Shown: in pieces, positions 47,506-56,475 of the stretch
Layout of the letters: every line of letters starts with the position of its first letter
Position numbering within the stretch: position 1 is the stretch's first letter
Assembly (NCBI GenBank): GCA_964372395.1
Contig: CAYJQV010000003.1
Coordinates: forward strand, 11,124-75,123
Length of the DNA stretch: 64,000 nucleotides
Direction of reading: 5' to 3'
Origin: an uncultured Planctomycetia bacterium
GTDB lineage: Bacteria; Omnitrophota; Gorgyraeia; 1-14-0-20-64-10
Program-made: the position numbers and the translations under genes
Notes under the pieces: generated by a model
Seen by the model: the letters and a program-made list of their open reading frames with translations, nothing else
The model's database searches: none
Told to the model about the DNA's origin: nothing

Positions 47506-48369
47506 CTAGGATTCCCGCGTCAGGATGAACCGGGCCAGCGCCCGCAGCGGCTCCGCCTTCTTCCCCAGCGGCCGCAGATCCCGGATCGCCGACTCGGTGA
47601 GGAGTGCCGCCTTTCTCTGGACCTTGGCCTCGCCCCAGAGGGGCACCAGCCCGTCGCTGTCCAGCAGATCATCCACCATCTGAAAGACCAGGCCCACCTT
47701 CCGCCCGTACCGGCAGAGGGCCTGGTACGCCGAAGGCCTGGCCCGGCCGAGCAGCACCCCCACCCGAACCGACGCCGCGATGAGTGCGCCGGTCTTCCGG
47801 GTGTGGATCTCTTCGATCCCCCGCCCGGTCGGCCGGCCCCTGCCGGTGCGCCCGTTCCTGCCGTTCGCGCGCCCGTCGCCCGCGGTGACATCCGAGACCT
47901 GGCCGCCGATCATTCCCCGGGTCCCGATCGCCTCGGCGACCTCCCGGGCGACCTGCAGATGGGTGGTGGAATCATGGTTGGCGCGCGTCAGCATCTCGAA
48001 GGCCCGGGTGAGCAGGGCATCCCCTGTCAGGACCCCGATCGCTTCACCGAACTTCTTGTGGCAGGAGGGCTTGCCCCGACGGAAATCGTCGTCATCCATC
48101 GCCGGCAGATCGTCGTGGACCAGGGAGTAGGCATGGATCATCTCCAGCGCGCAGGCGGCGTCAAGCGCCGAGCCGACGCGGCCGCCGGCCGCCTCGCAGG
48201 CGGCCAGGGCCAGGATCGGCCGGATCCGCTTGCCCTGCCCGAGCACGCTGTACCGCATGGCCCGGTGGATGACCTCCGGCTGCCTTGCCGGTCCCGGGAG
48301 GGCCCTCTCCAGCGCCCGGTTGACAAGGGATTGACGCTGTTCCAGGTAGGACTTGAGGTTCATGGACAA
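47506..48369 (-). CDS. ispA: (2E,6E)-farnesyl diphosphate synthase / polyprenyl synthetase
   Basis: First and second aspartate-rich motifs LVHDDLPAMDDDDFRRG and FQMVDDLLD. Confidence 0.9.
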   Translation of the reverse strand: MSMNLKSYLEQRQSLVNRALERALPGPARQPEVIHRAMRYSVLGQGKRIRPILALAACEAAGGRVGSALDAACALEMIHAYSLVHDDLPAMDDDDFRRGKPSCHKKFGEAIGVLTGDALLTRAFEMLTRANHDSTTHLQVAREVAEAIGTRGMIGGQVSDVTAGDGRANGRNGRTGRGRPTGRGIEEIHTRKTGALIAASVRVGVLLGRARPSAYQALCRYGRKVGLVFQMVDDLLDSDGLVPLWGEAKVQRKAALLTESAIRDLRPLGKKAEPLRALARFILTRES

Positions 48370-48378
48370 CCTTGTATT

Positions 48379-49767
48379 TTACCGACCGTCCGTTGAGGAG
48401 GCAAGCCATTTCAGGGCGGCCGCGCTCGCCTTCTCGCCGCTCACCACAGCCGATTCCACGGTTGCCGGCAGGCCGGTCGCAGTCCAATCCCCGGCCAGGA
48501 AGAGCCCCTCAAGCCCTGTTTCCGCGCCGGGCCGCAGCCGCTCCAAGCCCACGGTCAACGAAACGGTCGCCTCCCGCTCCCGGACCACCTGCGCCCGCAC
48601 AAGCCCGGCCCCGGCGGCCGCCGGGAAACAGCGGCGCAGGTCCTCCAGCGCCGATTGGATCAGCGCCTCGTTGGAGAGCCCCACCTCCTCATGCGCCGCG
48701 CTCAGGATGAGCGAGACGTAGCTGGCCTGTTCACGGGAGGCGCGCAGGATGCCCGCCTTGTTGAACAGCCACTGGAACCGCGTGCCGAGCAGCGCCACAA
48801 ACGCCTCCTCGCAGACCGGCCGGTCGAGCCAGAGATTCACGGAGACAATCGGCGAGGAATGGAATCGGGCCAGGATCCCGCGCAATCCCGCGGCTTCTCC
48901 TGCACCCTCGGGAAGAAGCCGCAGAAGCACCGATGGCGGAACCGCGCTCACCACCGCTGCCGCCTCCACGCGGGTCCCATCCGGCAAGGTGACACCGGTC
49001 ACCCGGCCCCGTTCAAAGAGAAGCCCCGCGGCAGGCCGGTTCAGGAGAACCCGTCCTCCCCGGCCCTCGATTGTCCGCCGGGCCTGCTCCGTGTAGAGGT
49101 CGCTCAAGCCCACCGACGCCATCCCCAATCGCGAGCAGCCGCGTGGCCGGAACATCATCGTGCCCAGCACCTGCTGCAGCCCGGCCACCGATGCGCGGGA
49201 GGGATCCTCGTTCAGCACCGCCACCGCGAGAGGATTCCAGAAGCGGGTCCGGCTCCGGCTGCCCTGCCCCATCCGCTCCAGCCACTCCTCCACCGTCTCA
49301 CCCCGGCCCGACGTCCCTGAGGCCCCTTCGGTACGGCGTACCGAACTCCGCCGTACCGAATTCGAGAGGGCCCACCAGCCCAACCGCTCCCGCCATCCGA
49401 ATCCCGGCAGGCGGGAGATCCCCAGGAAAAGGTGCCAGGGCGCGGGCACCGGTGGGCAGTCCAGAACCGTCGTCCGCCCCCCCGGCTCGACGAACCCGAC
49501 CCGCAGGTGATCCTGAAAGAGGAGCCGGTCGCGGGTCCCCAGCCGCTCCAGAAAGGCGAGCGTCCTGTCGTAGCCGGCCAGGAAGAGATGCTGGCCGTTG
49601 TCCACCACTTCCCCGCTCGCCGGATCGGTGAAGGAGCGGGCCCTGCCTCCCAATCCCACCCGGCTTTCCAGAACGGTGACCGGCACACCCGCGTCGGCAA
49701 GCGCGACCGCCGCCCGCAGGCCGGCGAAGCCGCCTCCGATTACGACGACCGCCTTGTCAGCAGGCAC
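48379..49767 (-). CDS. hpnE: hydroxysqualene dehydroxylase (FAD-dependent amine-oxidase family)
   Basis: FAD Rossmann VVVIGGGFAGLRAA with an amine-oxidase fold, positioned after hpnC-hpnD. Confidence 0.85.
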   Translation of the reverse strand: MPADKAVVVIGGGFAGLRAAVALADAGVPVTVLESRVGLGGRARSFTDPASGEVVDNGQHLFLAGYDRTLAFLERLGTRDRLLFQDHLRVGFVEPGGRTTVLDCPPVPAPWHLFLGISRLPGFGWRERLGWWALSNSVRRSSVRRTEGASGTSGRGETVEEWLERMGQGSRSRTRFWNPLAVAVLNEDPSRASVAGLQQVLGTMMFRPRGCSRLGMASVGLSDLYTEQARRTIEGRGGRVLLNRPAAGLLFERGRVTGVTLPDGTRVEAAAVVSAVPPSVLLRLLPEGAGEAAGLRGILARFHSSPIVSVNLWLDRPVCEEAFVALLGTRFQWLFNKAGILRASREQASYVSLILSAAHEEVGLSNEALIQSALEDLRRCFPAAAGAGLVRAQVVREREATVSLTVGLERLRPGAETGLEGLFLAGDWTATGLPATVESAVVSGEKASAAALKWLASSTDGR

Positions 49768-50621
49768 TGCAGCCCGGCCCAGAGCTGGCGCGACCGGGGA
49801 ATCTGAATCCGGTGGCTGAAGACATCGTACCCGACCGCCTCAATCCGCTTCAGGATGCGGGAATAGACCGCACCCATCACCCGAGCCGGGACGAGCCGCC
49901 GCCCTTCAGCCGCCTCCCCCATCGCCTGCTCCGCCTCCTGGAAAAAGGAGCGGGCGCGCGCGCACTCAAACTCCGCCAGCCGCCGGAACGATCCCGACAT
50001 CCGGCCCTTCGCCAGATCCTCCTCCCGCACGCCGAACCGGTCCAGATCCTCCCCGGGGAGATAAACCCTGCCCTGCTCGGCATCCGCCTTCACGTCCCGC
50101 AGGATGTTCGTCAGCTGCAGCGCGATCCCGAGTGAAACCGCATACCGGTCCGAGGCGGGGTGCCGGCAGCCGAACACCCGCACGGAGATGAGGCCCACGA
50201 CCGAGGCCACATGCTCGCAGTAGACCCTCAGCTCCCCGAAGGTCCGGTACCGGCGCCGGTGCAGATCCATCTCCACCCCCGTGACCAGCTTCTCGAGGTA
50301 GGCGGCCGGGATCCGGAACCGCTCCCGGACCGGCTCCAGCGCCACCAGGATCGGATGCGTCGGCATCCCCTGGCCTGCAGCCGCCAGCTCCCGCCGCCAC
50401 CGGTCCAGCTCCCTCTGCGCCTCCTGGGGCTGCGCGTTGTCCCGGTCCACCGCATCGTCCACCGCCCGGCAGAAGGCGTACACCGCCTCCATCGCCTGTC
50501 TCCGCGCAGCCGGCAGGACCCGGAAGCTCAGGGAGAAATGGCTCCCCGCGCGGCCGGTCAGCCAGCGGCAGTAACGATGGGCGGCCTGCCGCCCCAGCCC
50601 GCCGTCAAGGGAGGAGCGCAC
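49740..50621 (-). CDS. hpnD: presqualene diphosphate synthase (squalene/phytoene synthase family)
   Basis: Squalene/phytoene synthase fold (...AVYAFCRAVDDAVD..., ...GIALQLTNILRDVKAD...). It is the second of two tandem family members, as in hpnCDE. Confidence 0.85.
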   Translation of the reverse strand: MRSSLDGGLGRQAAHRYCRWLTGRAGSHFSLSFRVLPAARRQAMEAVYAFCRAVDDAVDRDNAQPQEAQRELDRWRRELAAAGQGMPTHPILVALEPVRERFRIPAAYLEKLVTGVEMDLHRRRYRTFGELRVYCEHVASVVGLISVRVFGCRHPASDRYAVSLGIALQLTNILRDVKADAEQGRVYLPGEDLDRFGVREEDLAKGRMSGSFRRLAEFECARARSFFQEAEQAMGEAAEGRRLVPARVMGAVYSRILKRIEAVGYDVFSHRIQIPRSRQLWAGLQCLLTRRSS

Positions 50622-51546
50622 GGCCCAGAAGCCCCATCTTGCAGAGTTTCGACAGAACAGGCCGGCCCCTGAAGACGTCGTACCGGAGCCCCTCGATCCG
50701 GTCGAGGATCGCCCGGCCGCCCAGCAGGGTGAGCTTCAGCTCCAATCGGAGCGGCCCGGACACTGCCCGGATGAGCGGCTCCCCTTCGTCGAAGAGCCGC
50801 CGCGCCCGCCCGACCAGATCCGCCATGAGGGCCCGGAACGACGGGGTCAGACCCCGTGGGGTCAGACCCCGTGGGGTCAGACCCCGCGGGGTCAGACCCC
50901 AATAGGTTTTAAGCTCCTCTTCGGAGACGCCGTGCTCCCGCATCAGCGAATGCGGAACGTACAGCATCCCCCTCGCCCAGTCGATCCGCAGATCCTGCCA
51001 GTGGTTGGTGAGCTGCAGCGCCGTGCAGATCCGGTCGGACTGCTCGTGCAGCGCCGGCTCCCCGATCCCGAACGCCAGCAGCACCAGCCGGCCGACCGGA
51101 TTCGCCGAGTACCGGCAATAGGTCAGAAGCTCCTCCCAGTCGGCGTACCGCTTCTTCGTGACGTCCATCCTGAAGGCGGTGAGCAGGTCGTCGAGCAGCT
51201 GGACCGGCAGGCCGCGCCGCCGCACCGTGTCGCCGATCGCCAGGAAGATCGGGTGGCCGTTCAGAGCGGCGCCTGCCGGCCGTGCCGCCTGCCCCGCTCC
51301 GTCCCCGCACGCCGCCCGCAGCGCCGCCCGCCAACGCTCCAACAGCTCCAGCGACCGGCCCCGGTATTTCAGCTCATCCGCGAAATCATCCGCCGACCTC
51401 GCAAAGGCGTAGATCGCGGCGATGTGCGGGCGGACAGCCCGGGGCAGCAGCCACGACGCCACAGGGAAATTCTCGTAGTGGCCATAGGTGATCCACTCGC
51501 AATAGCGGTACGCCTGAGCCAGCTGCGGTTCCATGACCTGAACCAT
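50605..51546 (-). CDS. hpnC: hydroxysqualene synthase (squalene/phytoene synthase family) carrying an in-frame 20-aa GLTPR x4 repeat insertion
   Basis: ...AAIYAFARSADDFADE..., ...CTALQLTNHWQDLRID.... The internal WGLTPRGLTPRGLTPRGLTP is encoded by four 15-bp family-B repeat units. Confidence 0.85.
   Translation of the reverse strand: MVQVMEPQLAQAYRYCEWITYGHYENFPVASWLLPRAVRPHIAAIYAFARSADDFADELKYRGRSLELLERWRAALRAACGDGAGQAARPAGAALNGHPIFLAIGDTVRRRGLPVQLLDDLLTAFRMDVTKKRYADWEELLTYCRYSANPVGRLVLLAFGIGEPALHEQSDRICTALQLTNHWQDLRIDWARGMLYVPHSLMREHGVSEEELKTYWGLTPRGLTPRGLTPRGLTPSFRALMADLVGRARRLFDEGEPLIRAVSGPLRLELKLTLLGGRAILDRIEGLRYDVFRGRPVLSKLCKMGLLGRALLP
50843..50913. repeat. 15-bp dyad repeat family B, locus 3 (four direct units, tail AATAGGTTTTAAG), inside hpnC coding sequence
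   Basis: GGGGTCAGACCCCGT x2, GGGGTCAGACCCCGC, GGGGTCAGACCCC. Confidence 0.8.
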
Positions 51547-52575
51547 CTAGCGTTTGAAAGGGAACGAGAGGGAGCGGCTGCGCCCCTGAATCTTCCTCAG
51601 GAGATTCCGGATGAACCGCCCCTCCGCGTGCCTCCACTCCGCCGGCCGATCCGGATGCCGGATCGGGATTGATCCGCCGGCCATCGACCAATGCCCTCCG
51701 GCGCGCACCTCCTCCTTCAGCACCTTCTGGAGCAGCCGGCCGGCATGCACGCCGGGCCGCGTCGCACGCAGGGACAGGTGCAGGCGATCCCTGTACCGCC
51801 CCGTGCAGACCGACCAGCGCATCCCCTCGCAGGTGAGCAGGAAATCGGCCGTCTGAGAGACCAGATCCGGGGTGCCCACCGGCCCCAGATGCGTCCCGAT
51901 CAAAGGGCCCGCCACGAACGCATTCTCCAGGGAGCGCATCACCGTCTGAAAGAACTCCTTCGGCCGCTGGGGATTCTGGATGAGCGCCAGGGCCCGCAGG
52001 TCGCACAGCGGCAGGAGCTGGCGGTAGGTCTTCATCTCCAGCTCTCCCGTCATCCTTCCCAGGTCCTGCGTCTCGGACAGGATCCCGTACACGAGCGCCG
52101 TGGCGAGATTCTCCGGCACCGGCCACCGGACCGCGAAGAGCGCCTGCGCGAGGAGGACGCTGGTCGCCCCCACCTGCGGCTCGATCACCGAACAGGCGGC
52201 GGAGCCGCCCTCCGTCGGAGGATGATGGTCCACCACGATCGCCGCCCGCCTCTCCTTCGGAAACGCGTTGTTCCCGAAGAGCGGCTGGGTGTCCACGAGC
52301 GCGATCGCCTTGAAGCGCGCGAAATCGGCCCGCCGGCGAAGCGGCCGGATCGGCACCCGCAGGACCCGCACCATCGTCTGGTTCTCCATCCGGCCGATGA
52401 TCCCCCCGTGCACGATCCGCGTTTCCAGGCCCGCCAGCACCCTGGCCAGATGGCTCAGGGCCCAGGCGCTGGCCACCGCATCCGGATCGGGATGGTCATG
52501 GGTGAGGATGAGCAGCGGGCCCAGATCCCGCCCCTGCCGGCGAAGAAAGCGAACCAGCCGATGGGCCGCGCGCAT
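51547..52575 (-). CDS. DHH/DHHA1 phosphoesterase (NrnA/DhhP-like; candidate c-di-AMP/pApA phosphodiesterase)
   Basis: Motifs ILTHDHPDPDAVAS, VVDHHPP and DHHA1 GGGH-like AGGHWSMAGGS. Confidence 0.8.
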   Translation of the reverse strand: MRAAHRLVRFLRRQGRDLGPLLILTHDHPDPDAVASAWALSHLARVLAGLETRIVHGGIIGRMENQTMVRVLRVPIRPLRRRADFARFKAIALVDTQPLFGNNAFPKERRAAIVVDHHPPTEGGSAACSVIEPQVGATSVLLAQALFAVRWPVPENLATALVYGILSETQDLGRMTGELEMKTYRQLLPLCDLRALALIQNPQRPKEFFQTVMRSLENAFVAGPLIGTHLGPVGTPDLVSQTADFLLTCEGMRWSVCTGRYRDRLHLSLRATRPGVHAGRLLQKVLKEEVRAGGHWSMAGGSIPIRHPDRPAEWRHAEGRFIRNLLRKIQGRSRSLSFPFKR

Positions 52576-52591
52576 CGTCCGCCCCGCCGGC

Positions 52592-54040
52592 CTAAGAGCC
52601 GGCCGGCTCCACCTCGACCGTCACGCGGATCTCGCCGAGGTCCGATTCCAGCGGCTGGATGTACTCCGGAAGGGCGACGCGCGACCGCACGAGGGTGGTC
52701 TGCGTGATCTCTGAAAGGTCGATCGGCTCGGTGAAGATCTTCTCCACCTGGTCCAGGTGGGAGCGCCGGATGTATACGCGCAGGGTCTCCGGGATCACCT
52801 TCACCCGCGTCAGCTTCAGGCCCCTCGCCAGATGCCCCACCACCTGCGGCTCCACCGGCAGGGTCTCCAGCCGGACCGGGTACGCCTCGATCGCAATCAC
52901 GTTCGGCTCAATCCGGTAAACCCTCAGGTTGTTCGGCCGCCTCAGATCCTCCTCGGAGATGAGCAGCCGCTGCGGCCCCTGCTGGATGCTCCCCAGATCC
53001 AGCGACAGGCGCAGGGTCACCGGGTTCATCAGCCGGAACGCCCGCTCCGAGCCGGAGAGGGTCACCATCGCCTCCGCCGGCTTGCGCCCCTCCAGGACCC
53101 AGTCGAACGGCAGGTTCCGATACTCGATGGGCACCGCGAAGGTGCGCTGGATCGTCTCCGCCCGGTACGCCAGAAAGAACCAGAACAGGCAGGCCAGGCC
53201 CGCGGCGAAGATCTTGGTGCGCGCGTTCTCCCGCGCCCACCGCCCCCAGTCGAACCCCCCTGCCGCCCGGGGGAACCGCTGGACAAAGAAGCGCTCCAGC
53301 CGGTCCTTGAGCTGAGCCACCGAGCTCATCGGATCCATGTGCCCATGCTCTGCCACGCGGATGGTCCCCTGCTCCTCGGAGACGGCGATCACGAAGCAGT
53401 CGCACCGCTCCGACACCCCCACGGCGGCCGCGTGCCGGGTGCCCAGCGTTCCGATCTCCGCCAGATTCTTCGACAGCGGCAGATGGGCGGCGAACTTCGA
53501 AACCCGGTCTCCCTCGACCAGGACCGCCCCGTCGTGCCCCGCCGAGTGCGGATCGAAGATGCTGCACAGAAGCGGCTTGCTCACCCTCCCGAAAAGGGCG
53601 ATCCCCCCTTCGACATGGCGCTCCAGCGGCTCCCGGCCCTGGATCACGATGAGGGCGCCCACCTGGCTGGACGCCATCTCCCCCACCGCCTCCAGCAGGC
53701 TGTCAACGCCCGGGAAGACGGCGTGCCTGCGCCGGTCCCTCAGGGTCCCCCAGAGCGCGATCCGCTCGAATCCCCGCCGGATCTCCTCCTGGAAGACAAC
53801 GATGAGCGCCACCAGCAGCACCGCAAAAACCATCTGGAAAAGCAGCGAGGTCAGGTACAGATCGAAGTGCCGCGCCAGGAAATAGATGAAGGCCAGGACC
53901 GACAGCCCGATCACCATCATCCGGGAGGCGGTCCTGCGGAACCAGATCACCAGGGAATAGATGAAGATCGAGATGAGGGCGATGTCGAAGAAGTCCGCCA
54001 CGCGGAAGTTGCGGCGCAGCTCGTCGAGGAAGGGGCTCAC
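52592..54040 (-). CDS. cdaA: diadenylate cyclase CdaA fused to YbbR/CdaR-like C-terminal domains
   Basis: Three N-terminal TM helices, then DAC-domain motifs DGAVLVEGDRV and GTRHAAA. A further C-terminal region of about 200 aa has YbbR-like repeats. Confidence 0.85.
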   Translation of the reverse strand: MSPFLDELRRNFRVADFFDIALISIFIYSLVIWFRRTASRMMVIGLSVLAFIYFLARHFDLYLTSLLFQMVFAVLLVALIVVFQEEIRRGFERIALWGTLRDRRRHAVFPGVDSLLEAVGEMASSQVGALIVIQGREPLERHVEGGIALFGRVSKPLLCSIFDPHSAGHDGAVLVEGDRVSKFAAHLPLSKNLAEIGTLGTRHAAAVGVSERCDCFVIAVSEEQGTIRVAEHGHMDPMSSVAQLKDRLERFFVQRFPRAAGGFDWGRWARENARTKIFAAGLACLFWFFLAYRAETIQRTFAVPIEYRNLPFDWVLEGRKPAEAMVTLSGSERAFRLMNPVTLRLSLDLGSIQQGPQRLLISEEDLRRPNNLRVYRIEPNVIAIEAYPVRLETLPVEPQVVGHLARGLKLTRVKVIPETLRVYIRRSHLDQVEKIFTEPIDLSEITQTTLVRSRVALPEYIQPLESDLGEIRVTVEVEPAGS

Positions 54041-54044
54041 GGCG

Positions 54045-55277
54045 CTAGGGACTCAAGAGGAACCGCTCGAAGATCAGCGCGAACCCGAGGAACGCAAGGA
54101 AGCCGACCACATCCGTCACGGTGGTCAGCAGAATGCTCGAGGACTGCGCCGGGTCCCGCCCGATCCCCTTGAGCGCCAGCGGAATCGCCGCCCCGGCAAA
54201 TCCGGCGGCAATGAGATTGACCAGCATGGCCAGCCCGATCACCAGCCCGAGGAACGGGTCCCCCTTCCAGATCCAGGCCACGCCGGCCACCACCATCCCC
54301 GTGAGCAGCCCGTTCACCGCCCCCAGCGCCGTTTCCTTGACGATCAGCGCGCGCGCCCTGGCCGGCGGGATCTCCCGCATCGCCAGCCCGCGGATCACCA
54401 CCGCCAGCGACTGGGCCCCCGCGTTCCCGCCCTGGCCCGCCACCACCGGCAGGAAGACCGCCAGCACCGTGATCCGCGCGATCAAGCTCTCAAAAAGCCC
54501 CACCACCCCGGCCGCCAGGAAGGCGGTGGCCAGGTTCACCTGCAGCCACGGCAGCCGCTTCCTCAGCGACAAGGGAACCGGCGAGAACGGCCGCTCATCC
54601 GCCCCGGCACCCACCATCTTCTGCAGATCCTCAGTCGCCTCCTCCTGAACGTGCCCGATGAGCTGCTCGGTCTTCACCACCCCGATCATCCGGTTCTCGC
54701 TGTCCACGACCGGCGCGGCGAAGAAACCCCGCTTGGAAAGCTCGCTCGCCACCTCCTCCCGGTCCATGAAGGCGCTCACCGAGAAGACCTCCCGGCGCAT
54801 CACCGCCGAGAGCGGCTCCGCCGGCTGAGCCAGCATGAGCTCCCACATGTTCACCACCCCGACCAGGTGGTTCTCCGAGTCGAGCACGTAGGCGTAGGTG
54901 GTGGGCGGCCGCGTCTTCCCCAGCCCCCGGATCCGCTGCACCACGTCCCGCACGGCCAGCTCCTCGTGGAAGGCGAGGAAGACGGTCGTCAGGATCCGGC
55001 CCGCGCTGTCCTCCGGGTAGATCAGCAGCTCCTGGATCTTCCGCTTCGTCCCCTCCGGCAGATGCTCCAGAACCGCCTGCCGGGCCCCCTCCGACAGCTG
55101 CGCCAGGATCATGGCGCCCTGGTTGGGCTCCAGCTTCTGCACGATCTCCTCGAACAGCGGCTGGGGCACCTCCCGCAGGAGGCCGATCGCGTACCCGGTC
55201 TGCAGGTAGGGAAAGGCCTTCGCGGAGAGGGTGGGGGGCAGCCCTCTCAGGACCTCAACGGCCTCCTCCTCTTCCAT
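54045..55277 (-). CDS. mgtE: magnesium transporter MgtE
   Basis: MgtE N-domain, tandem CBS domains and a C-terminal TM domain (...GNAGAQSLAVVIRGLAM...). The start is uncertain: M67 of the ORF-track ORF is chosen to avoid overlapping the upstream gene. Confidence 0.8.
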   Translation of the reverse strand: MEEEEAVEVLRGLPPTLSAKAFPYLQTGYAIGLLREVPQPLFEEIVQKLEPNQGAMILAQLSEGARQAVLEHLPEGTKRKIQELLIYPEDSAGRILTTVFLAFHEELAVRDVVQRIRGLGKTRPPTTYAYVLDSENHLVGVVNMWELMLAQPAEPLSAVMRREVFSVSAFMDREEVASELSKRGFFAAPVVDSENRMIGVVKTEQLIGHVQEEATEDLQKMVGAGADERPFSPVPLSLRKRLPWLQVNLATAFLAAGVVGLFESLIARITVLAVFLPVVAGQGGNAGAQSLAVVIRGLAMREIPPARARALIVKETALGAVNGLLTGMVVAGVAWIWKGDPFLGLVIGLAMLVNLIAAGFAGAAIPLALKGIGRDPAQSSSILLTTVTDVVGFLAFLGFALIFERFLLSP

Positions 55278-55368
55278 CGTCTCGAGGCTGTGCGCCGCCG
55301 CCGCCGGATCGGTCTCAAAGAATTTCCGGACAATCGGCAGCAGGGAGGTGCGCTTCCCCAAGGGGCGG

Positions 55369-55956
55369 TTATCTCCCGGCGGAAGTGGCCGGCTCGCTGC
55401 CCGGCTTCCACTTGATGTTGCAGCCGATGCTCGGCATCTGCTTCGCGCCGGGGGCGCGGCCGGCCAGCACCGCATCCAGCGCCGCCCTCAGGTCCTGCCC
55501 GGTCACCGGCTTTCCGTTGCCCGGCCGGCTCTCGTCGAGCTGCCCCCGGTACACCAGCCGGCGGCCCTCGTCAAAGAGGAAGAAATCCGGCGTGCAGGCG
55601 GCCGAGTATTCCTTCGCCACCCTCTGCGACTCGTCGTAGCAGAGGGGGAAGGTGAGCCCCAGCTCCTCCGCCATCGCCTTGAGATTCTCCGGCGAGTCGT
55701 CCGGATAGTTCCGGACGTCGTTGGAGCTTATGGCGACGATCCCGATCCCCCGGGCCGCGTAATCCCTGCCCAGCCGCGCCAGCTCCAGTTTGACGTGCTG
55801 CACGTAGGGGCAGTGCCGGCAGATGAACATGACGAGCAGCCCCTTCTTTCCGGCGAAGCTCCCCAGGGTGACCCGCTTGCCCGAGACCACATCCGGCAGA
55901 TCAAAATCCGGGGCCGCCGTTCCCAGCGCCAACATCGCGGAGGGGGTCACTGCCAT
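55369..55956 (-). CDS. thioredoxin-fold thiol:disulfide oxidoreductase (redoxin family)
   Basis: CxxC motif in [11 protein letters not shown] within a TlpA/redoxin-like fold. Confidence 0.75.
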   Translation of the reverse strand: MAVTPSAMLALGTAAPDFDLPDVVSGKRVTLGSFAGKKGLLVMFICRHCPYVQHVKLELARLGRDYAARGIGIVAISSNDVRNYPDDSPENLKAMAEELGLTFPLCYDESQRVAKEYSAACTPDFFLFDEGRRLVYRGQLDESRPGNGKPVTGQDLRAALDAVLAGRAPGAKQMPSIGCNIKWKPGSEPATSAGR

Positions 55957-56459
55957 GGCTCACCTTCTCCTTTCTTCTCGAACCTCAGGGCGCCGGAGTT
56001 GATGCAGTAGCGCAGGCCGGTCGGCTCCGGCCCGTCCTCAAAGACGTGGCCGAGGTGCCCGCCGCACGTCGCGCAGAGCACCTCGGTCCGGCGCATGAAG
56101 ACAGACCGGTCCGGCTCGGAGCGGATCCGCTCCTGCGAGATCGGCTCCCAGAAGCTCGGCCAGCCGGTCCCCGATTCAAACTTCGTCTCGGAGCGGAACA
56201 GCGCCGTCCCGCAGGCCGCGCAGAAGTAGATTCCCTTCTCCTTGTTGTTCCAGTATTCGCCGGTGAAGGCGGGCTCCGTCCCCTTGCGCCGCAGGATCCG
56301 GAACTGCTCCGGCGTCAGGACCCTGCGCCACTCCTCCTCGCTCTTCACCACGCGCTCCCCCATCGGCTCCATCCCCAGAAGCCCGATCAGGCACAGAAAA
56401 AGAACCGGCGGCAACCCCCTCGCCCTCAGGCCGGCTGCCGCCGTCTTCCGCTCAGCCAA
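55947..56459 (-). CDS. msrB: peptide-methionine (R)-S-oxide reductase MsrB, with N-terminal signal/lipoprotein-like segment
   Basis: Zn-binding CxxC pairs (CAACG...[12 protein letters not shown]) and the catalytic RYCINS motif. Confidence 0.9.
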   Translation of the reverse strand: MAERKTAAAGLRARGLPPVLFLCLIGLLGMEPMGERVVKSEEEWRRVLTPEQFRILRRKGTEPAFTGEYWNNKEKGIYFCAACGTALFRSETKFESGTGWPSFWEPISQERIRSEPDRSVFMRRTEVLCATCGGHLGHVFEDGPEPTGLRYCINSGALRFEKKGEGEPWQ

Positions 56460-56475
56460 TCTTCAGAGCCGGCTC

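Noticed and set aside
54045-55475. ORF-track mgtE start at 55475, overlapping the thioredoxin-fold gene by 107 nt
   Set aside because: The overlapping N-terminal 66 codons are low-complexity. An internal Met at about 55277 gives a typical MgtE length without overlap.
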